In this document: one piece after another, positions 58,529 through 64,000 of the stretch
How the letters are laid out: every line of letters starts with the position of its first letter
Numbering within the stretch: the first letter of the stretch is position 1
Origin: an uncultured Muribaculaceae bacterium
GTDB lineage: Bacteria > Bacteroidota > Bacteroidia > Bacteroidales > Muribaculaceae
DNA: 64,000 nt
Assembly (NCBI GenBank): GCA_947176745.1
Contig: CAMWRV010000001.1
Coordinates: 44,220 to 108,219, forward strand
Reading direction: 5' to 3'
Notes under the pieces: generated by a model
Told to the model about the DNA's origin: nothing
Seen by the model: the letters and a program-made list of their open reading frames with translations, nothing else
The model's database searches: none
Made by a program: the position numbers and the translations under genes

Positions 58529-60421
58529 TTACTTCACTTCCTCGAAGTCGACGTCAGTCACGTCTTTTTCGTTGTCGGGCGCTGCTCCGGGCTGAGGGCC
58601 GGCCGCGCCGGCGCCTGCGGCGTTCTGGGCGTTGTAGATGTCCTGTGCTGCCGCCTGGAACGCGTCGGTCACCGCTTTGACCGCAGAGTCAACATCCTCT
58701 ACAAGCTGGTTCTTGTGAACCTCTTTCAGTTTTGCAAGTGCTGATTCGACATTGGCTTTCTTGTCGGCCGGAATCTTGTCGCCGAGTTCATTGAGCTGCT
58801 TCTCGGTCTGGAAGATCACGGAGTCGGCGTGATTGAGTTTGTCGGCACGCTCCTTGGCCTTGCGGTCGGCTTCCTCGTTGGCCTTCGCCTCGTCGCGCAT
58901 GCGCTGGATCTCGCTGTCGCTAAGACCGCTCGAAGCTTCGATGCGGATTGACTGCTCCTTGCCTGTGGCCTTGTCTTTGGCTGTCACGTTGAGGATACCG
59001 TTGGCGTCAACCTCGAATGTAACCTCGATCTGCGGAACGCCTCGCGGTGCGGGTGCGATGCCGCCGAGGTTGAACTCGCCGAGCAGTTTGTCGTCGGCTG
59101 CCATCGGACGCTCGCCCTGAAGCACACGGATCGTAACCTCGGGCTGGTTGTCGGCCGCTGTCGAGAATGTCTCGCTCTTTCGTGTAGGAATTGTAGTGTT
59201 GGCGTCGATAAGCTTGGTCATCACGCCGCCCATTGTCTCGATACCGATCGACAGGGGCACCACGTCAAGAAGAAGCACATCCTTCACGTCTCCGCTGAGC
59301 ACGCCGCCCTGGATTGCCGCGCCGATTGCCACCACCTCGTCGGGATTGACACCCTTGTTGGGCTCCTTGCCGAAGATCTCTTTCACTTTGGCCTGGATGG
59401 CAGGAATACGGGTCGAACCGCCGACAAGAATCACCTCGTCGATCTCGCTTGCCGACATTCCGGCGTCCTTAAGCGCGTTGATACAGGGCTGAGCCACAGC
59501 GTCGATGAGTTTCGACGCCAGAGCCTCGAATTTCGCGCGGGTAAGCACTTTCTCAAGGTGTTTGGGGCCGGTGGCGGTAGCGGTGATGTAGGGGAGTGCT
59601 ATGTCGGTCGAGGTTGAGCTTGAAAGCTCGATCTTGGCTTTCTCAGCGGCATCCTTGAGTCGCTGCATGGCCATGGGATCCTGACGGAGATCCACACCTT
59701 CGTCTGCCTTGAACTCGTCGGCGAGCCAGTCGATGATCACATTGTCGAAGTCATCGCCGCCGAGGTGGGTGTCGCCGTTGGTCGATTTCACCTCAAACAC
59801 GCCGTCGCCCAGCTCAAGGATCGAAATATCGAATGTGCCGCCTCCGAGGTCGAACACCGCGATCTTCTGCTCCTTGGTCGATTTGTCAAGACCGTATGCA
59901 AGCGCGGCGGCAGTAGGCTCGTTGATGATACGCATCACCTTCAGACCAGCGATCTCTCCGGCATCCTTGGTGGCCTGACGCTGTGAGTCGTCGAAGTATG
60001 CCGGCACTGTGATGATAGCCTCGGTCACGGGCTGGCCCAGATAATCCTCGGCTGTCTTCTTCATTTTCTGGAGTATCATGGCCGATATCTCCTGCGGCGT
60101 GTAGTCGCGGCCGTCGATGTCGACCTTGGGCATGTCGTTCTGGCATACCACCTTGTAGGGAACTCGTTTGATCTCGTCGGTCACCTGATCGCACTTCTCG
60201 CCCATGAATCTCTTGATCGAGTAGATGGTGCGCGTCGGGTTGGTGACAGACTGTCTTTTGGCGGGGTCGCCTACTTTTCTCTCGCCGCCGTCTACAAACG
60301 CGACAACCGACGGAGTCGTGTTACGTCCTTCATTGTTGGGGATCACAACAGGATCCTTGCCTTCAAGCACAGCCACACATGAGTTGGTCGTTCCCAGGTC
60401 AATGCCAATAATTTTTCCCAT
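58529..60421 (-). CDS. dnaK: Molecular chaperone DnaK (Hsp70)
   Basis: 630 aa. [25 protein letters not shown] and [14 protein letters not shown]. Confidence 0.98.
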   Translation of the reverse strand: MGKIIGIDLGTTNSCVAVLEGKDPVVIPNNEGRNTTPSVVAFVDGGERKVGDPAKRQSVTNPTRTIYSIKRFMGEKCDQVTDEIKRVPYKVVCQNDMPKVDIDGRDYTPQEISAMILQKMKKTAEDYLGQPVTEAIITVPAYFDDSQRQATKDAGEIAGLKVMRIINEPTAAALAYGLDKSTKEQKIAVFDLGGGTFDISILELGDGVFEVKSTNGDTHLGGDDFDNVIIDWLADEFKADEGVDLRQDPMAMQRLKDAAEKAKIELSSSTSTDIALPYITATATGPKHLEKVLTRAKFEALASKLIDAVAQPCINALKDAGMSASEIDEVILVGGSTRIPAIQAKVKEIFGKEPNKGVNPDEVVAIGAAIQGGVLSGDVKDVLLLDVVPLSIGIETMGGVMTKLIDANTTIPTRKSETFSTAADNQPEVTIRVLQGERPMAADDKLLGEFNLGGIAPAPRGVPQIEVTFEVDANGILNVTAKDKATGKEQSIRIEASSGLSDSEIQRMRDEAKANEEADRKAKERADKLNHADSVIFQTEKQLNELGDKIPADKKANVESALAKLKEVHKNQLVEDVDSAVKAVTDAFQAAAQDIYNAQNAAGAGAAGPQPGAAPDNEKDVTDVDFEEVK

Positions 60422-60831
60422 GATTCTATATTTCTTTAAGTGTTAATAATTCTATCGTTTCCGTCACGTTGCTGACGGGGCAGGATGCGGGCGGTCATGT
60501 CCGCATGCCCTGCATTTGACTTATTAACAAATAATGTGCTAATTGGGTTGAAACGTTTCGGCATCCACGGCTGAAATTCCTTAAAATTGTGGCTCTCTGA
60601 TTCTTGTGAATATCGTCAGCAAATCGACACATGTGTCACTGGCGTGACAAAAATGACATTTTATCAATTAAATCTGACCAAAATTCGGCATTGTCACATA
60701 TTATTATTAATTTTGTAGCCTGATTTTAGATGAACATGCGGGCGGCACTCCCTTCCCGTGTTCGGGTCCGGTCGGTGATCCGTGATTTTATCAGGATTCC
60801 TGACGTGCCAATTATAACGATTTCACAAATT

Positions 60832-62022
60832 ATGAAGCCCTTACAACAGAAACTTTCGGCTTACGATGCGCCCCAGCGCGCCAAGGCGGCCGGTGTTTAT
60901 CCTTATTTCCGAGCCATTGAGAGTGAGCAGGACACTGAAGTCATCATGAATGGCAGGAAAGTGCTCATGTTCGGCTCTAACAGCTACATGGGTCTGACAA
61001 ATCACCCGAAAGTGATCGAAGCGGCCGTGGAGGCTACTAAAAAATATGGAACAGGACTCGCCGGTTCTCCTTTCCTCAACGGCACGCTCACTATCCATAA
61101 GGATCTTGAAGCCCGCCTCGCCGACTATGTCGGCAAGGAAGACGCCATGCTCTATTCCACAGGGTTCGGCGTCAATCTCGGAGTTGTCTCCATTCTGACA
61201 GGCCGTGAAGACTACGTCATTCTCGACGAGCAGGATCATGCCTCGATCATCGAGGGACGCCGTCTCTCTTTCTCCAACTATCTGAAATACCGTCATAACG
61301 ACATGGCGTCGCTCGAGACTCAGCTCCGCAAGTGCGATCCCGACAAAGTGAAGCTCATCGTAACCGACGGTGTCTTCTCCATGGAAGGCGATGTGGCCGA
61401 TCTTCCCGAGATAACGCGTCTTGCCAAGCAATACAACGCGGCTGTGATGGTCGACGAGGCCCACGGACTCGGTGTGTTCGGCGAGGGTGGCCGCGGCACC
61501 TGCTTCCACTTCGGAGTGCAGGACGACGTAGATCTCATAATGGGAACATTCTCGAAGTCGCTCGCTTCGCTCGGTGGCTTCCTCGCTGCCGACAAGGTCA
61601 TAACCAACTATCTGCGCCACCATTCGAGATCTTATATATTCACCGCGTCGATCACGCCCGCATCCACCGCTGCAGTCAACGCCGCGCTCGATATCATTCT
61701 GGCCGAGCCCGAGCGTCAGGAGCATCTGTGGGAGATCACCAGATTTGCCCTTGAAAACTTCAAGGCCATGGGATGCGAGATTGGACATACGTCCACACCC
61801 ATCATTCCCCTCTTCATCCGCGACGACTACAAGACATTCCAGGTTACACACGACCTTCTTGAGGAGGGAGTGTTTGTAAATCCGGTGGTCACTCCGGCTG
61901 TAGGTCCTCACGACACACTGATCCGCTATTCTCTGATGGCCACCCACACCAAAGAACAGGTGGAGCGCTCGCTCGAAGCCATAGAAAAGGTGTTCAGAAA
62001 GTACGGTCTGCTCAACCGCTGA
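60832..62022 (+). CDS. spt: Alpha-oxoamine synthase, serine palmitoyltransferase-type (Bacteroidetes sphingolipid synthesis)
   Basis: 396 aa starting from MKPLQQKLSAYDAPQRAKAAGVYPYFRAIES. PLP-lysine motif GTFSKSLASLGGF. It closely resembles my recollection of Bacteroides SPT rather than BioF. Confidence 0.8.
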   Translation: MKPLQQKLSAYDAPQRAKAAGVYPYFRAIESEQDTEVIMNGRKVLMFGSNSYMGLTNHPKVIEAAVEATKKYGTGLAGSPFLNGTLTIHKDLEARLADYVGKEDAMLYSTGFGVNLGVVSILTGREDYVILDEQDHASIIEGRRLSFSNYLKYRHNDMASLETQLRKCDPDKVKLIVTDGVFSMEGDVADLPEITRLAKQYNAAVMVDEAHGLGVFGEGGRGTCFHFGVQDDVDLIMGTFSKSLASLGGFLAADKVITNYLRHHSRSYIFTASITPASTAAVNAALDIILAEPERQEHLWEITRFALENFKAMGCEIGHTSTPIIPLFIRDDYKTFQVTHDLLEEGVFVNPVVTPAVGPHDTLIRYSLMATHTKEQVERSLEAIEKVFRKYGLLNR

Positions 62023-62047
62023 CGACTTCACGCAAATTATTCACAGA

Positions 62048-62080
62048 CGGAAATCCATCATGGATTTCCGCCTGTTTTTG
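62048..62080 (+). terminator. Rho-independent terminator of spt
   Basis: cggaaatcca tca tggatttccg followed by cctgttttt. Confidence 0.8.
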
Positions 62081-62254
62081 CGTTATGCGGAAGCGTCCGC
62101 ATTCGGTTAGAGGCAGTGTACGGCCGACAGGTAATTTTTTTTCAAGAAAATTTGTCTGCTACTTGCACATATAGTAAAAGTGAATTAAATTCGCGTTGTT
62201 TTTCGGGACGCATATGTGCGCCGCATATTAACTCAGGATTACTTAAGATAAAAA

Positions 62255-62803
62255 ATGGTATATAGGTTTAAACTCGTAAGCGATGAGGTGAGCAACTTCA
62301 GCCGCGAAATCGAAATCGATTCGGAAAATACATTTCTGCAATTGCGCAACGCGATTCTGGAAAGTGTGAACTTTACCAAGGATGAACTCGATTCTTTCTT
62401 CCTATGTAACGACGACTGGGAGCGAGAGGAGGAGATCACTCTTGAAGACATGGGCACTTCTGCCTCCGATCAGGATCTCTGGCTCATGGAGAGCACGCCT
62501 CTCAGCGAGCTTATTGAAGACGAAGGCCAGAAGCTGTCGTTTGTATTCGACTATTTCACTGAGCGCTCATTCTTTCTTGAGCTTAAGGAGATGATTCCCT
62601 CGCGCAGTCTTGTGGAACCAATCTGCACGATCAAGCGAGGCAAGGCTCCGTCGCAGACCGTCGACATGGCTGAATTCGACAAGGCCATCGACGCCAAGGC
62701 GTCGCAGTCGGTGATTGACGACATAGATATCGAGCCAATCGAGGGCGGTGCTTTCAACGAAGAGGATCTTGAAGACGGATTCGATATTCTCGACGACATG
62801 TAA
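62255..62803 (+). CDS. pRiA4b ORF-3-like (PF07929-type) domain protein with an acidic C-terminus
   Basis: MVYRFKLVSDEVSNFSREIEIDSENTFLQLRNAILESVNFTKDELDSFFL has the N-terminal pattern of that family. The call is from memory. Confidence 0.5.
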   Translation: MVYRFKLVSDEVSNFSREIEIDSENTFLQLRNAILESVNFTKDELDSFFLCNDDWEREEEITLEDMGTSASDQDLWLMESTPLSELIEDEGQKLSFVFDYFTERSFFLELKEMIPSRSLVEPICTIKRGKAPSQTVDMAEFDKAIDAKASQSVIDDIDIEPIEGGAFNEEDLEDGFDILDDM

Positions 62804-62810
62804 GCCGTCA

Positions 62811-62880
62811 CACAGATGACCGGATACAATTATCCCCGACCGTTTTTGCGGCCGGGGATAATTGTATCCGGTCATCTGTG
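62811..62880. terminator. 28-bp perfect inverted repeat (14-nt spacer) between convergent genes; bidirectional terminator or other structured element
   Basis: cacagatgaccggatacaattatccccg (62811-62838) and cggggataattgtatccggtcatctgtg (62853-62880). Confidence 0.7.
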
Positions 62881-62916
62881 ACACTTTAAGGTGCCAATAT
62901 CTTGAATATGCATGCG

Positions 62917-63282
62917 TCACAGGTCAATGTCATCTTCGCCGCGTCCGAAGATCGCATCAAAAATGCTCCTTCTTTTCTTTTCGGCCGGACGGAAATGAAC
63001 CGACATGTTGCTGTCTCTCTTGCTGAAAAAAAGAATGTGCGACTGGAATACAAACGCAACGTTGCGGTCGAACTCAAGCACTGCGTACAGTCCACGCTTC
63101 AGAAACCGGCGGAACGGACTGAATTCCTCCTCGCTCTCCACAACGACCTCCATGTCATCTACCGTAAGGCGGTGATGAGGCCGGAGCAGCTCGACAAAGT
63201 AGGGGAGATTTAGGTCTTCCTCGTTCTTGCACGGCTTGTTGTAGCTCTTGTAAATCTCACTTATGACTTCTTGTGTGATCAT
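62917..63282 (-). CDS. Conserved-looking hypothetical protein
   Basis: 121-aa ORF with core-like composition and good coding appearance. No family recognised. Confidence 0.5.
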   Translation of the reverse strand: MITQEVISEIYKSYNKPCKNEEDLNLPYFVELLRPHHRLTVDDMEVVVESEEEFSPFRRFLKRGLYAVLEFDRNVAFVFQSHILFFSKRDSNMSVHFRPAEKKRRSIFDAIFGRGEDDIDL

Positions 63283-63491
63283 ATCGTTTTCAGGATGAAA
63301 AGAATGTTCTGTTCAAGATCCCGAAGAGGTCTTTATTATTATAACCGTTCACAAGGAGAAAGGTTTTATGATTTGTAAACTTTTTTTAAGAAATGCACGA
63401 CAGGCATTCTGTCGGACTCCGTGACCGGAGCCGTAGAATGCCTGTCAGTAAAACAAAATCTGAAGTGCCAGCCGGATGCAGGCACTGATTG

Positions 63492-64000
63492 TTATCCGAG
63501 GAAACTGAGCAGTACGCCCGCTGCCACTGCCGATCCGATCACACCGGCCACGTTGGGGCCCATCGCGTGCATCAGCAGGTAGTTTGTCGGGTCATATTCG
63601 AGTCCCATGTTGTTCGATATGCGGGCTGCCATAGGCACCGCCGACACTCCGGCATTGCCGATGAGCGGATTGATCTTCTTGCCCGGCTTGAGAAGCAGGT
63701 TGAAGAGCTTCACCGAGAGCACTCCCGTGCTCGAAGCGATTATGAACGCCGCGAAGCCGAGTCCGAAAATCAGAAGAGTGTCGAGGTTGAGGAATTTGTC
63801 GGCCTGGGTTGATGCTCCCACTGTCAGACCGAGCAGTATGGTGACGATATCGGTCATGGCGTTGCTTGCGGTTTTGGCCAGACGGGTGGTGACGCCGCTT
63901 TCCCTCAGAAGGTTGCCGAAGAAGAGCATGCCAAGCAGTGGAATGCCCGAAGGCACTACAAAGCAGGTGAGCAGAAGGCCGACAACGGGAAATATGATCT
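63492..64000 (-). CDS. Sodium-ion-translocating decarboxylase beta subunit (OadB/MmdB family), C-terminal part; the 5' end lies beyond the right edge
   Basis: [16 protein letters not shown]...[28 protein letters not shown] is the conserved OadB C-terminus. My translation shows the frame stays open upstream of the track start ([25 protein letters not shown]) to base 64000. Confidence 0.85.
   Translation of the reverse strand, partial: IIFPVVGLLLTCFVVPSGIPLLGMLFFGNLLRESGVTTRLAKTASNAMTDIVTILLGLTVGASTQADKFLNLDTLLIFGLGFAAFIIASSTGVLSVKLFNLLLKPGKKINPLIGNAGVSAVPMAARISNNMGLEYDPTNYLLMHAMGPNVAGVIGSAVAAGVLLSFLG

Noticed and set aside
60422-60831. CIRCE or other heat-shock operator upstream of dnaK
   Set aside because: No TTAGCACTC-N9-GAGTGCTAA-like element is present. 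I saw only a loose GC-rich hairpin (about 60478-60515) and scattered TGTCAC/GTGAC words, which are too weak to report as a feature.
60841-62031. 396-aa minus-strand ORF
   Set aside because: Mirror-image shadow ORF of the spt gene. It has no recognisable motifs, and the plus-strand frame has the PLP-enzyme signature.

Overview
This 64-kb window looks like a Bacteroidales chromosome, possibly Muribaculaceae-like. The lineage guess rests on three things. TAnnTTTG -7 promoter boxes sit in front of many genes. The DUF4290-murA-rimM gene order is present. The gene content includes a FeoA-FeoB fusion, TonB-dependent receptors, serine palmitoyltransferase and PepSY-like/DUF362 proteins. Most of the window is G+C-rich core genome: catalase, alcohol dehydrogenase, rarA, tsaB, murA, rimM, gyrA, clpC, feoAB, an S9 peptidase, ygiQ, uvrB, tpiA, folE, a TolC-HlyD-MFS efflux operon, dnaK, spt and a partial oadB-like gene.

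Two accessory blocks stand out. (1) The left end carries a type I restriction-modification operon, hsdM-hsdS-(four-helix-bundle gene)-hsdR. Its hsdS has a perfect 3 x 12-bp AELQ repeat in the central spacer region, and a phased TTAGGG-like repeat array sits just before hsdR. (2) A visibly AT-rich island of about 7.6 kb (roughly 50.8-58.5 kb) lies between the efflux operon and dnaK, with no integrase and no tRNA. It carries three tightly coupled minus-strand gene pairs: a small protein plus a signal-less Sel1/PKD/LRR protein; a divergent uracil-DNA-glycosylase-superfamily protein plus a WYL-domain regulator; and a 355-aa unknown plus a degenerate FtsZ/tubulin-fold protein that has lost its GTP-binding loops but keeps the T7-loop aspartates. 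A divergent metallophosphoesterase gene completes the island. I consider this island the best candidate for an undescribed, possibly defence-type system.

A third oddity is a 1.1-kb AT-rich non-coding stretch (10.4-11.5 kb) full of TGTAAAT-type repeats upstream of an XRE-type HTH gene. I saw no rRNA, tRNA or CRISPR array. All protein-family calls are by-eye motif recognition on the supplied translations, and no database was searched.
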